Assembly (NCBI GenBank): GCA_050084985.1
Contig: JBITNC010000001.1
Span: forward strand, 145,018,001 to 145,082,000
From: Nageia nagi
Taxonomy: Eukaryota; Plantae; Pinophyta
DNA length: 64,000 nucleotides
Reading direction: 5' to 3'
Part shown: piece after piece, positions 1 through 13,400 of the stretch
Layout of the letters: the number at the start of each line of letters is the position of its first letter
Numbering within the stretch: position 1 is the first letter of the stretch
Position numbers and translations under genes: made by a program
The notes under the pieces: generated by a model
The model's input: only the letters and a program-made list of their open reading frames with translations
Told to the model about the DNA's origin: nothing
Databases searched by the model: none

Positions 1-976
1 GCTAGCGTCAGCCACTAGGGCTTCCCCAACACTCTGCAAACCCCACGAATGCCTTCTAGCAACAATGCATAACATAGAATTACCAACGATGGGAACACAC
101 AACAATATGAAGCCAGAACAAGCTTCCAACATCGGTATATCACAACGCATGCACACAATGGAACAACAAAAGAATGAAAGGTACAATGATATGTATTTTA
201 TTATGGTATGACGATGAAGCACAATGGAGATTACAATCACATATCTAGGGTTCCAAACCATCAACCAACCAAACATGCAATGGGAAAGACTCACTCCCTC
301 AGCATCCAAATCCTCTCTTGTGAAGGAGGCTCCTCGAACCTTGGCGACCAATGCAGGTAGAAGCTCGCCCTTGGAATACCACCGGATGGACTAGGTGACC
401 CACCTAAGTTGTAGAATGCCAAGCTTCCAACCCTGTCACTCCTCTAGATGCCGTCTAGGAATATTGCTCAGCACCACCAAGACTTGAATGCCCAATAGGG
501 TTCGGTATAGAAAGATGTATAATAATTGCTAACCTCATCATGGAGCTCCATCCTCAATATATAGTCTCTCATGCTCACTTGTCATGCCTCGTTATCACCC
601 CAAGCCCATTCTAATCCAACGTTGGGGTCGACAAGTCAACAATGCCAACGTGGGGGTCATAATGGCCCAGTATGCTAATGTGGGGGTCCCATTAGCCCAA
701 TATGCCAACGTGGGGGTCATAAAGGCCTTCAAGGCTGACATGGGGTCTACATGGCCTCCTAGGATGATGTCGGAGTCCATGAAGCCTCCTGAGTTAGTGT
801 GGGGTATGTAGGGTCCTCCAAACTAAGAATCAACTTCTATAATGGCTTCTTTTCTATGTTTGACTAGGCCCTTCTTAGTGAATCATTTTGAAACTTTCAC
901 AATTTTCTCCTTCTCTATCCTTTAACAAAAAATATCAATATTAATCTTGGTTTAATAGGTAGAGTTCAAAATGTCA
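1..976 (-). mobile_element. Partial LTR (left end outside window), related to the LTRs of element C
   Basis: 30-bp tandem repeats with core CCAACGTGGGG at ~640-730 and motif CCACCGGATGGA (~380), both also present in the C LTR (21340, 21690-21850). Reverse-strand TATA-like at ~557-565. The right boundary (TGTCA at ~976) is approximate. Confidence 0.5.
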
Positions 977-1029
977 AAATTTTGAAATTAGATAGAAGAA
1001 TTTACTTCATTTTGCTTTTGACATGAAAT

Positions 1030-1340
1030 CAAGAGATAGATTTTAGGTTTTATCTTTGCTCTCCAAGCTGAAAAAGATGGTCATTTTCTTGTTACTTTAG
1101 TTTTGCTTTTGGCACAAGAGCAAGAGATAGATTTTAGGTTTTACCTTCATCCAAAAAGGACTGTCATTTTCTTGTTACTTTATTTTCTCTTTCGGCACAA
1201 GAGAAAGAGATATATATTTTAGATTTTATCTTGGTTCCTTGAGCTGAAAGGGATTCAGTAATTTTCTTCTTTATTTTCACTTTTGACACGAGCAAGAGAT
1301 AGATTTTAGATTTTATCTTTGTTTCCCAAGTGGAAAGGGA
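1030..1340. repeat. Degenerate tandem repeat, ~4 copies of ~90 bp
   Basis: AAGAGATAGATTTTAGRTTTTATCTT recurs at ~1031, 1122, 1206 and 1295. Confidence 0.7.
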
Positions 1341-2469
1341 TTGAGTCATGTTGTTGTGGTTGAAAGCAACTATGACTTAGAAAGTTTTTCGTTCTTTTAA
1401 AATCTTATTTTTTATTATTTTTATGATTTTTGAGACAAAAATTACTGAAGATTTTGATGTTCAAAAACTGTTGTCAACAGAGCGTATTGCTGATTTAAGA
1501 CAATCAATGAGGATGTTTGAGAAGAATTATCAATGGAAACAACCAGTAAACATGGTGTCAAGAAAAGGGCAACAAAGAAAGAGGAAAACTACTACATTGG
1601 CGTGGAAAGCTCATAGACAATAGTCCTTGTATGCAGTGAGAGAATCAGTGACAATGTTGAAGTAATGTGACTGTCAAAGTCGAATGATTTCAGGTTAGAT
1701 GATCATTGAGGAAGAATGAAGGGAACCAAATGATGGAAGAACTGTTGGCCATGGAACTACAGAATAAGCTTAAGGTTTGGACAAAGGTTTGACAAATAAA
1801 ACATAGTGACTTAGGACGCGTTGGTGATGTTGAGAAGACACAAGAAGAATGTGCAACAATATTAGAGGTACAAGAAAGGAGATCGACACTAGGAGAGACA
1901 AGGCACCAAGCGGTGATTGCAAAAGGGTGCCCTTTTGCTTGGAAGATTATGGAGTTGTGATAAAATAAATAATGCCACATGGGGATTAGCATGGGTATTC
2001 ATTTGCATTAGAGAGAAGTGGTTTAGAGTAGAAAATATTAAGAGGCACTCAACTAGAGGCATGGAATATCATGAAATCCAAGAACATGTCAAGATTGTTG
2101 ACAATTATTATCATTCAGAAAACCATCACAACTGGAGACAGAGATGAGATCTATTGCATTGACAAATTTAGTAACAGTCATTGGCATGGGAATGAAGACT
2201 TTGTTCCACATTGTAACACATGCATTGCAACATGGACAAGACATTTCCTGTAACCTTGTGAGAAGGGGTGGATAAATAGTAGATAAAAAAAAAGTTAAGT
2301 TGTTGAGGAACAATAATGAGATTATTATTGGGAATTACAACACAAAACATGGCAAGCATGATACGGTTCAAGCTGATATCTGTTGATTGAAGGAGTTCAT
2401 TTCAAGTTAGAAAATCACTTGTCATATGCATATGCATTAATGAAAGGATGGTTTATTAAAGGATTATGA

Positions 2470-3845
2470 TGTAATGTCCTCATTTTTATAGTGTTTTCCC
2501 CATTTCATCACTGATAAATTGGAACATTAGATTAGGAGTTCTTTTGCTTATTTTAGGAGTCATTTGGCATTTAATTGTAAGTTCCACTTGGAGAGTAGTT
2601 TAGTACTTCAATTATGGAACGTTGGGCCTTTATTTAGCATATTATGTATAGTTGAGTGTCTAATTATGCCAATATTTATGATACCAAGGCCATTATGATT
2701 GTAAATGCAATATTAGTCTCGAAAAATAAGGCGTTGCATATTCCTAGCCTTGATGATTGTAATATTGGCATTAAATGATCCTTTTGTCATTAATGCTCCC
2801 TCGTCGAGGTAGAGCATCCATCTAGGTGTTAACACCGACTTCGAGGCACTATGAAGACTCCTATGCTTGGACATGGCACATTTGGCATCCCAAAGCATCA
2901 AATGGCTCCCACACTTGGACGTTGGGCTTGAGGGCATCTAGACACCTACGTTGAGCATTTGGCATCCCTAGGACCTCATTTCACTTTCTTGGAGGTTTGC
3001 TAGCTTGGGCATTGATATCGAGGCACATGGAAGTCTCCCCTTGTCCAACATTGGCATTCTTGGCCCTTGCATGTGATTACTCTCATCCCAAGGCATCCTA
3101 TCTTGGATGTTGGCATTTAGAGCACAAGGATCACTCTTGTAAGCTATTGGATCAACTCAACTTGAGATTAGAAGATCAACTACCTCGCCTATAAAAGGAG
3201 GACTCTTGGAACACATGAGATATGTTGAATTTATGATTAAACCCCCTTATTGGATGGAGTGTGAGAACTCTATCTTTGCCACTTGTTGGCGTCAGTTTGC
3301 ATTTGACGTCTTGAGGTGTTTGAAGGCTATCCTCTTACTTACTCCAGCCATTTGGGAGAGGAACTTTTGTTGTTCCATCGTTAGAGAGTTAGGGAAGCCT
3401 TGGGCTTGGCCTTGCCATTGCTGCAATAAGTGAGGCCCTGGAACCATCTACAATAACCCTATTGGAGGCAACTCCGTTATAAGATCTTTTGGTACAAAAA
3501 TACCATAGCTACAACACTCTCATCGAAGCTATTGTAATTGTGGTTGTCTCATTCCATAATTCAATCGCATCATTTGCTATCATTATTGTCAATTGTCTCA
3601 TTGTGCTTGGACGTTGGATTTGGAAAGTATATTTTGGCATTGTTAATTCGTATTTGGCTTGCTAATCATGTACATTGGGTAATTGAGCATAATTGTGGAT
3701 TGTTTGCTTCATTCTTGCCATTAATAGCTAGACGTTGGATGTATTGTGTAATTTTGTGCTTAATTGGTGAGATCCAGAGGTTATAGGCAAAAGTCCCTCT
3801 CCTAGGGCACATTTGAGCATGAACCAACGGCTTGGGCTCATCACA
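2470..3845 (+). mobile_element. Solo LTR (1376 bp)
   Basis: TGTAATG...CATCACA termini; exact 5-bp TSD TATGA at 2465-2469 and 3846-3850; internal CCTATAAAAGG TATA box at ~3190; no PBS, PPT or coding sequence. Confidence 0.85.
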
Positions 3846-4919
3846 TATGATTCAGGTATTAGACAAAGATGAGAGTGATACCATTTTTCCTTACAACGAA
3901 ACTTATGATTGAGCCATGGACCTAGACGGTGAGGAACTATTTGATATATGTGTAGAATGATGAGTGACTCTAATAGTAATGACGGTAACTTAGAACATGT
4001 AGCTATAGCAAAGAGTGAATGACGTGATAAGATTGCTTAAAATCCTCAAATGCATAGATGAAGGATACTCACAACAAAATGTTGCATTGATGGTTACAAA
4101 AGTGCCAATTTTAAATTATGGAATGCTAAAGTCAATTCCCTAGGAACAGAACCAATGAAATTACTATGAAAAGAGCACAACTAGAGAAAGTTAACCATCC
4201 ACACTTGATAGTAATAGTATAAAGTCGAGAGGAAGAAGTCTTATTGTGAATTATTGCATTGAAAGAGAATAGTGCATAGTCCAAGTGTTTAGTAATGTTA
4301 AATTTGTGACATCAATTGGTACTCAGTCAAAAAAACTGCAGATGGAAAATGAAGAACATGAGCAACAATTATTTGGTTATGGAAGCATCCTTGGCAAAAG
4401 AAGCAACAATTGGAGGGGTTTCAAATCCATAATGAGGACTATGATGTCTGAACCAAAACTAATGAGGCACTAGTCAATGGTTTGTGGGTGACTTGAATCA
4501 TCAGCCCATTATACAATGCCAAATATATAATCAATGGTGACATATTTTGACAAATTCAAGACCTCAATGCTGCGGGCAAGGAGATCATACCAACAACAAT
4601 TATGTAAAGAACCGGATTTCTAAAGTCAATTCAATACGAACAACCGTTGACATTGGTGTGAGAAGAACACAAGGAAAGAAAGTTCGTTATCCTGACTTGA
4701 ATGTAAAAAATCAAAAGATAATTGAGATCAGAAATTGAGAAAGTCATAGCAGAAGAAACAGGGAAAGATAGAGTGAAATACAAGCTGACTACCGATACGA
4801 AAAAAAAGGTCAAACACAGCAATGGTGGAGAAGGAAATAATATGGATAAAGAAGACATTTTTCCTTTTCTATGACCTATGTGTAGTTTGGAATAGTCTAC
4901 CGGAGCACCAACATTGAAA

Positions 4920-5210
4920 TTAACAAATATGAACAGTTCACTTCTAATTTTTGTGCCAATTTCAAGGACCTTCAGCTTCACTATTATGTAGTTGCGACTC
5001 TTGGGAATTTGTCTCGAAAATTAAAGTTAACAAATATAAACTCTTCATTTCTAATTTTTGTGCCAATTCTGAGGACCTTAAGCCTGACTATTACGTAGTT
5101 GCTAACTTATCTTTAAAATTTCAATTAAATTAATAAATATAAATTGTTCATTCCTAATTTTTGTGCCAATTCTGAGGACCTTAAGCCTGACTATTACGTA
5201 GTTGCTATCT
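4920..5210. repeat. Three tandem copies of a ~105-bp unit
   Basis: TTCTAATTTTTGTGCCAATT...GGACCTT...CTATTAYGTAGTTGC recurs at ~4942, ~5049 and ~5152; copies 2 and 3 are near identical and contain TACGTA. Confidence 0.85.
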
Positions 5211-5257
5211 TATCTTGAAAATAATAATTAACTAGCCACTGTATAATCTAGAGTGAT

Positions 5258-5276
5258 TATAAAAGCATCACGTGTC
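5258..5276 (+). promoter_or_regulatory. Possible TATA box plus G-box/ABRE (CACGTGTC)
   Basis: TATAAAA at 5258-5264 and CACGTGTC at 5269-5276, ~320 bp upstream of the first visible TOL exon. Motif match only. Confidence 0.25.
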
Positions 5277-5592
5277 TCTATAGAAAAGCCTGGGAAGGGA
5301 TCAATTCATCTGTGTAGGAAGAAGTAGAACAAAGATCGTGCTATTCAAGTCTTCAGTTTGTACGCTAATTACTGGATTCATAATTACTAAACAAAATGTT
5401 TTTCATGTCGGATGATTGTTTTCTTCTTTATATATTATATGGAAAGCTATAGAGATATACAATGTCCTACAATTATTGTTTTTTTTTTTTGACTAGACTA
5501 GACTCTTATTTGATATGAAATCTTCTATACAAAAACGTATTTGTAAGATTCATTGTGGCAGCTAAAGAAACCTGATGATGGGATAACTGCAG

Positions 5593-5753
5593 CGTGCAGG
5601 AATAAAACTTCCACAGAATTCAAATGGATATGCTGTTGTGTTGGAACCACAAAACTCCCAACCAATTACTTTTTGTCTTGAATCACCTGCTTCTCCAAAT
5701 TGTGGTTCAGAAGTTGCAGAGTCATCAACACCTTCTAATCTTCCAGGATTCAC
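5593..5753 (+). CDS. TOL: TOM1-like protein, first visible exon (VHS-GAT linker: RAGIKLPQNS...AESSTPSNLPGFT)
   Basis: Acceptor CTGCAG|CGT, donor AC|GTATGT (phase 2). Resembles the plant TOL linker exon (RAGVxFPQR...AESS...FPxLS). Phase matches the exon at 35254. Confidence 0.8.
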
Positions 5754-6553
5754 GTATGTTCATTTCCAAGTAAATATATCTAATTATAGTTGTTTGCTCT
5801 TATACATCTTGTGGCAATGTTAGGTGCCCTGTGTACATGCACCCTTTTGTGATGTTATATAGATAAATGTTTATGGTGTTACTTGTCAATTCTATTGGTT
5901 GTGAGTGAAAATGATCTATGGCCTACTCTGGTAATAAAAAAAATACTGTGAATTATTGTGGGATTTTCTTCTGGAGTATCAATCGAAGTTTTTAACTCTT
6001 AAGATGAAATTGTTTTTTGGCTTATATCTTGGCTTATTACACTTCCCAATTATGTTGGTTCAACATGGCATTATTATTATTATTTGCTTCTTTTTGACTA
6101 AGATTTCATTTTCAGAAGTGACTTTGTGTCTGCTGCCACTTTGTTCATTTTTGCCATTGAATTTTATTCCTCCATTAACTATATTTATTGGATTTTCTGT
6201 TGAAGTATTTTTGTTCCTCTATTACTCTTCTTCTGTCTATTCCATGATAAAACTTGTTTGCATTACGGTGTGTCTTGTTTAGTTGTTTCTCTATTATTCC
6301 ACTGGTATGGAATCCTTTTTGTTGATTTTATTGGAGTTCAATCTCCTCTGCCATCTCCAATGAGGGCTTGGCACTCGCACAGCCCAAACTGTGAGGTGTC
6401 TGGTGAATTTGTGCCAGATAAATGCCCTCATTTCACATTACCAATACAGTTGGGGAGCTACCAGCTTGAGCAGGAGTCATTCAAGACACACAACAATTAT
6501 GGAGTTTTGGATGATCTCAATAGCAAGGACATACCACCTGATCAAACCCTTCC

Positions 6554-8425
6554 ATGAATTTTCTTTCATGGAATGTCTGGGATATGATAGATTCCAAAAG
6601 GAAGTACATCATGCAGGAAGCTCAGTAGAGATTTCTTGATCTCAAAATCGTTTAGTTACAGGAATTAAAAGTCTGCCACTTGTCGTGCCATATGGCCAAC
6701 TTGTTGTTTTTTCCATAGCAATCATGATCCGGGCCATGGCGGAGTTGCAACCCTTGTCTCTACTAGGTGGTAGCCGCATGTAATTGATCACAAATGTGGC
6801 CACACTTACCATATCTTATGGCTGCTAATTAACAGTAATAATCATTCATTTGAGATTATTAATGTTTATGCTTCCAATGATGTTGAATGATCTCTTTTGG
6901 CATTAGATTGCGAATGTATCACACACCACATGTTGGGTGTTGTGCGGAGATTTCAATATGGTTGAGAGTGTGTCAGACAAATATGACAGACTTGCCATGC
7001 GTTAGAAAATTGGCAAATGGGTTGCATGTGTAATGAGTTGAGATTTTTTTTATCCCAAAACTAGTTGCTGCCATTCTAATTCCATATGGTACATGTGGAA
7101 TAATATGCGGTCTGGTATGGAAAGAATTCTCAAACAAGTTGATAGAGCCATGCTGACAGGTTAGCCCATTCTCTTCTTTTTTGATTGTTTTTCTTTGCCA
7201 ATGGAGTCCATGCTAGATATTGTCCTTTTTTACTACTTTTCAATCTTCTTATGCATTGAATGGCCAAGTGGCATTGCCAAAAAGGAAAAATCTCAATTTG
7301 TCCTCAACACATCATTGCTGACACATACTCCCACATTAGCCAACATCTAGCACATATGAAATCTTGAGCCTTACCTTTGCAATGAGATTGGATAGATCCA
7401 ATGGTGGAATAGTGCAAAAAAATGTACTTGGCATTTTCTACGCATCTACAGTTGCTAGTTGGTGCTTCTTCACTGCCGGCTCCTATGAGGCAATCACCTT
7501 GGAGCTAAGTTGAGCTAGAAGCTTTTCCATTCTCGCCTACTTTGCAACTTGGAGTAGCCAAGCTTTGCTAGTAGAAACAAATTGTTGACTATCACATTGC
7601 TTGGGGAGCACAAATCAAAGATTGCCCTTACAAGCTTCTTAGGTTTCTCAAAATATCAAACGTATCACGAATGTATATCTCTTTTTTTTTAACTCCTTGA
7701 TATTCTACAAACCTTTGTTTGACACTAAGTTGCAAGAAACTTGTAAAACAGTCACGTTTCCATTTCGGAAACTTCTCGAAACTCGAAAACTTAGACGAAA
7801 CTCGGAAACTTGTAAAGCCTCATCTATCAAGCCTTATTTTGGATTTTGCATCATGTAATCATCAATGAGAGTTAATATAGACATGTTATTCCTTCTAAAA
7901 TGTTATTTGTGTATCATTCTTATTTTTTTCCAAGTTAATGTGGTATTTTTAAAAATAAAACAAAGATATATATATTTTATTTTTTATATTACAAGTTTCC
8001 CCTGATGTACCCATTTTAGAGGGGTCACGTTTCTAGGTGTTCCCGTTTCGGAAACTTGAAAACTTTTCCACATTTCGTGCAACTTAGGTTTGACACTACC
8101 AATAGGCTTTAATGGCCTAGATTCCTCCCCTTGGACATGATCTTGCTTTGCAACAGGCGGTTACTTGTAGACTTTTCGCTTCTCAATGAGCCTTATGTGA
8201 CCAATTGGTCACTAAAGTCAATCTATAGGAGGCTGCATCCTCTATGGCCAACGACAAAGTGCTTGGATTTTATTTTCTCAAGTTTCTCATATGATCAAAT
8301 GCATCACAAACAGAAAACACTTTTCCCTAATATTCTACAAGCCTTTGTTTGACACTACCAGAAGGTCTTCAAGCCCTAGACTCCTTCCCTTGTACAGGAT
8401 CTTACTTTGTAGTAATGTATAGACT
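6554..8425 (+). mobile_element. Degenerate L1 LINE ORF2 (endonuclease and linker)
   Basis: Translates with stops and frameshifts to MNFLSWNV..LQELK, GGVATLV, IINVYASND, WVLCGDFNMVE, WNN...VDRA and later MANDKVLG (KAPG motif). Confidence 0.85.
7725..8087. mobile_element. hAT-type MITE (363 bp)
   Basis: TIRs CTAAGTTGCAAGAAA / TTTCGTGCAACTTAG; exact 8-bp TSD GTTTGACA (7717-7724, 8088-8095); subterminal CGGAAAC/GTTTC repeats. Confidence 0.9.
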
Positions 8426-8435
8426 GTAGAGGTGG

Positions 8436-8674
8436 TGTTGGAATAATACATTAGATTAAGATAGATATATAGTAAAATAGGTCTCGAAAATACTATAAAT
8501 AAATGTAATGTTAATATATTATTACCATTACTAATGTTAGATTTAATTTATTGTTAGGGTTTCTAGCAATATGGTTATTGCATGAGAATACTCTCCTACT
8601 TGTATATTTAAACTATTTTCAATGCAATACATCACTCTTGGTTCCTCTCTCTAAATCTGATATGGTATCAAAGC
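8436..8674 (+). mobile_element. Short Copia-type LTR followed by tRNA-iMet PBS (5' end of a truncated element; leader runs to ~9570)
   Basis: TGTTGGAAT start, TATA-like TATATTTAAA, PBS TGGTATCAAAGC at 8663-8674; the terminal CA reads TA. Confidence 0.65.
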
Positions 8675-10495
8675 ACGGTGTGAGTACACATTCCTCCTTG
8701 GTTGCCAATCAGTTTGTGAGGATTGTAGTCTTGCATAGATCCTTGAAGAGAGATTCATCTCATGGATGCCACAAGACTTAAGAGCTTCAAAGTTTGAGAC
8801 AAGTGTTTGGTCGGATCCAAACACAATAGCAAAACTTGGATCTTGCTTTCTAACCTCTCTCACTCACTCTGATTGAAACAAACTAAGTTCTAACCTCTCT
8901 CATTCACTCTGACTGAAGCAAATTGGCTACTAATAGCTAGAGAAGAAAAGAAAAAAACTAAGTGTGTTGATAGTAGTGAGCCGCTCCTTTACCATCTCTT
9001 GCCTCACATCAATGATATGAAGATCAAGTCAAATAGCGCACAACTTGTTAGCTTTGTGTAATCTGTGTCTGAAACGAGCCCAAATAAGTGTTTTCCCCCC
9101 ACGCACCACCAACAATGTGTAGATAACAAATACACCAAACAAGTGCATGTGAAGGAAAAGACAAGCACAATCCACACAACTTACGCCACTGTCAGATTTG
9201 TGAGCCTAACTCGTGCACCATCTCCATGCGTGTAGCTAGTAAGGAAGTGCGCACCCTCTCTATGCGTACATTTAATGATGCACAACCCTCTCTTAGTGTT
9301 GAGTAGGCCAACGTTCCAAACCAGCCTTTCAAGAGTTGAAGACGTGTTGAAGTGCATAGACTTTAGAGATAAGTGTGCATCTGAAACTGTAATAAACATT
9401 GCGTGCATTGCACAGTAGCCCACAAAGATGAAAATATGTTGAAGAGTGTTAAGAGTAGTGTGTATTTGTGTTTGTAGTAAGAAAAACATGCATAAACGTT
9501 GCCTCCCAGCCAACCTTGCACAACATCCAATGTAACATCCACTCCCACACAACTCACCCACCTTGCTTCATTGTAATGAACCCTTCTAGGGTTTATGCTA
9601 AGCATGCACAATTACTCAATACAATTCCACATACATTCACAAATTAGGGTATAATTGTAAATGCTTAACAATCATTCAATAATGCTCTCAAGACTGAATT
9701 ATAATAACTGTAACCAGATCTGATATATAGCAGTGATGAAGCTCATACAACATGTGAAATCAACCAATCTAGGGTACAATTGCAGATCTGTAACATAATA
9801 GTAATATGCATCCAAAAAACCCTAGTCCGCATACATTCCCATGCACAATGAATGATACTAGTACAACAGTAATAGAAGAACATTCATTCACATTCAATGA
9901 GCAATATGAGAGCCAAATATCATGAATAATAACCAATAATAAGTATAGGGCTGTAACGAGTTCTAGGGCATAGCCCAAGACTCCAAAATGCACAACCAAG
10001 ACCCCAAGGGCTGGTGCAAATCTCAAGATGGCTCCAAAAGGCTAGCGCTAGGTCTAGAATTTCCTCCAATGTTGGCGCAAGCTCTCCAAGTGAATGTAAT
10101 TGCGAATATGCCACTTCTAGGCTAGGGAGCAGCCCTCGTCCTTAGAAGGAAGAGAGGGGAGTAGCCCCAACTCTGAGATGATCCAAGATCATTTGCCAAA
10201 ATATGATGATGTCTTGTGATGCACTTTTCTTGCTTTTATAGGTGCCCAAACATACAAAATATCCCTCCTTAAGCTATTCGACTAGGGAGGAGGTTATAAA
10301 ACATCATTAAGTGGCCCATGTTGGACAATTGGATGTAGAGGTCCCAAAAATACATAAAATTGCCAATTTACTTGAAGATCACATTGTCCCTTATGGGACG
10401 TTACCCAAGGGAGTACAAATATATATTTAACTACATGAAATAATAACTAAGACTCCTATGCTAATGATCAAAGTGATAAGACAATATTAGGGACA

Positions 10496-13400
10496 TTACA
10501 AGTCCACCCTCCCTAAGTTGCTTGCCCTCAAGCAATTCAAGGATGCATGCTTCCAGATGTTGTCTCCTTCTGATGTTGCATCTTCGATTGGCAATCCTTT
10601 CCTCTTAATCTGGTACTCTTTGATAACTCTGTTCCGTAGTCTTCTTTCTCTTTTTTCCAAGATAGCTTCCGGTTTCAAAATTAACTTTCCTTCACCATCC
10701 AAGGGTGACAGCTCTGTAGAAGGGGTAATGTGCTGTCCTAGTGCTCCTTTGAGGCATGAGACATGGAAAATATTATGAATTTTGCTGCTGTCCCATAACT
10801 TCAGTTCATAGGCAACGTTGCCTACCTTCCTTATGACTTGATAAGGACCATAAAAGCATGGGCTGAGCTTCTCCTTTCCTCTCTTTTTTAATGTGGAATG
10901 TTTGTGAGGCTGGAACCTTACATAAACCATGTCCCCCACTTCAAAATTCCGTTCAATCCTTTGCTGATCTGCTTATTTCTTCTGCTGTTCCTGTGCAAGG
11001 TAAATGTTGTTTCGTAGTGCTTTCATGATTTCTTGACTCTCTTGTACAAAGTCTTGAGCTTTGGGTACCCTGTTATCATCAATGAGCAAATCCATAAGAC
11101 TTGGAGCATCATAACCATATAATACTTTGAATGGGGGCATTTTTATGGAGAGATAATGGGTGGTATTGTAACAAAATTCCCCTAAGTGCAACCAATTTAT
11201 CCATGCCTTTTGTTGTATAGAAATGTAGTTCCTCAAATATCCCTGTATCCATTTATTCACAATCTTAGTTTGGCCGTTGGTTTGAGGGTGATAGCTTGTG
11301 CTTGGGGTCAAAATCGTCCCACATAATCTGAATAACTCTTGCCAAAACATACATGAAGGGGCTGTCCCTGTCACTCACTATGTTGTGCGACAACCCATGG
11401 AGTCTAAATATTTCCTTGAAGAACAAATAAGCTATTTGGGCAGCCATGTAAGAAACTGAAATGGGAAACAATTGAGCATATTTTGTTAGATGGTCTACTT
11501 CCACAGAAATGCAATCTTTTCCTTGTCCTTGGGTATGCCGGATATGAAGTCCATGGATATGCTTTCCCATTTTTGATGAGGAATGGGTAAGGGCTGAAGT
11601 AGTTCTGCTGGAATTGCTTATCATCTTTGTTTTTTTGGCAAGTGGTACATTCTTTGATATGTTTGAGAATATCATATTTCATCCCTTGCCAAATGAACAT
11701 CTCAGGTAGCTGTTTATAAGTTTTGATGTAGCCTGGGTACCTTGCCATAGGTTTGTAATGCATTGCTATGATGAACCTTTCTTTCAATTGTGTGTCTAAG
11801 GGCATAAAAATTTTGTTATTGTGAAAAATCATTCCTTCTTTAATGCTGAACCTGTCATCATTTAAACGCTCATCTAAAAGGCGAGATGTAAAATCATTCT
11901 TCATGTATTCGGCCATGATTTCCTCCTTCCAATTGTTGATGAGGGTGGAGAAAGAATAAAAAGTTAGTACTCTAGAAAGTGAAATGACTCATTTCTGATT
12001 TTTACACAAAACTGGATACTCAAACACAGAATTTAGCACAAATGTTGCGCCGCAATTAGATAAATGAGTTAGGATAGAATTGTATTAATTTCTAAATGAA
12101 TACAATGAAAGAACATCCAAAAAGTTACTCAAATATGAACATAAAATGAACCGGAAAACTCCCCAGAGTGGGATAAACCCCCTTTAGGGTTTCTATTAAC
12201 TCAAAAAAACACAAAAATCTGGCTGAATATTGCTCACAAAGATGGAAACCCCTTCTAGGGCAGCAAGGCGCAAAACACAATAGCAAAAATCACCACGAAC
12301 TGGCTGGATTTCTTCCACAACAATTTCAAGTGACTAAGGGCACATCTCCTTAGTTTGCACATGCAACAACAAGGCTCATCTCTTGTCAACTGCAAATGCC
12401 TCCAACAGAGCTAGGGCACATCTCCTAAACAATGGTCGAGTTTGAGTAGGGCGCAACCTTCCTCAAGAAACCTAGGGTTTCAAATACAAAGTCATATAAT
12501 AGCAAATACCTACTCAAAATGGGATGCTCCATCCTCTTATATAGCTTGAGGATCTAATTTCAAGTTGACATCCCCAAACCCTAATTTGACTTAAAGTGCC
12601 TTATTACAACATAAAGAAATAAAACATAAATGAAAATAACTTAATGTTATGTCTCCTAGTCACATGAGCCCCTTTTCACTTTCATAATTAAGTGTAGGAG
12701 ACGTTTACAAAAATATTTATTTTTGGGAGATTACAAAATGTGCGTTTGCTGCTGAGTTCTTCTTTCCCTTGATGAATTCAATGTCAAAGTCACAAGTTTG
12801 CAATTTGCTTACCTGCTTTTGTTGCCGATCATCCAAATTTCGTTGCCACAAAAAGTGTAATAGGCTGTTGTGGTCCGTTCATACCAAAAATTGTCCACAT
12901 ACAAGATACTGCTGAAACTCATCCAATCCATGCATGATAGCCAACATCTCTTTGTCATAGATGCAAAAGTTCCTTTCCTTTTATGAGATTTCAACTTCCG
13001 ACTTTCGAAAACAATGGGCTGCCCTATTTGCATGAGGATGGCTCCTATTCCCATGCTTGATGCGTCACAATCAATGGTAAAAGGTGAGGAGAAATCGGGT
13101 AGGACAAGTATAGGGAAAGTAGTCATTGCTTCCTTTAACTTTTCAAAACATTGTTGGACATTATCATTCCATACAAATGCCTCCCTCTTTGTTAATTATG
13201 TGAGAGGGGTGGTCAAGGCTGAAAATCCCTTGATGAACCTTCTATAATAAGTGCATAGTCCCAAAAATACTCTCAAGTGTGTCAATGTGGTTGCTTTGAT
13301 CTTCTCTTGGTCGACTTGGACTCCTTTATCATTGATTATGTGGCCCAAGTATAATATCTTGGTCATCCCAAATTCACATTTGGATTCTTTTTCATAGAAC

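Noticed and set aside
1400-2469. Decayed coding-like sequence continuing at 3851-4900
   Set aside because: It looks like a TE relic split by the solo LTR, but I could not recognise a motif, so no call was made.
5956-6557. Hydrophobic ORFs after the first TOL exon
   Set aside because: U-rich intron sequence and LINE flank; no homology or splice support.
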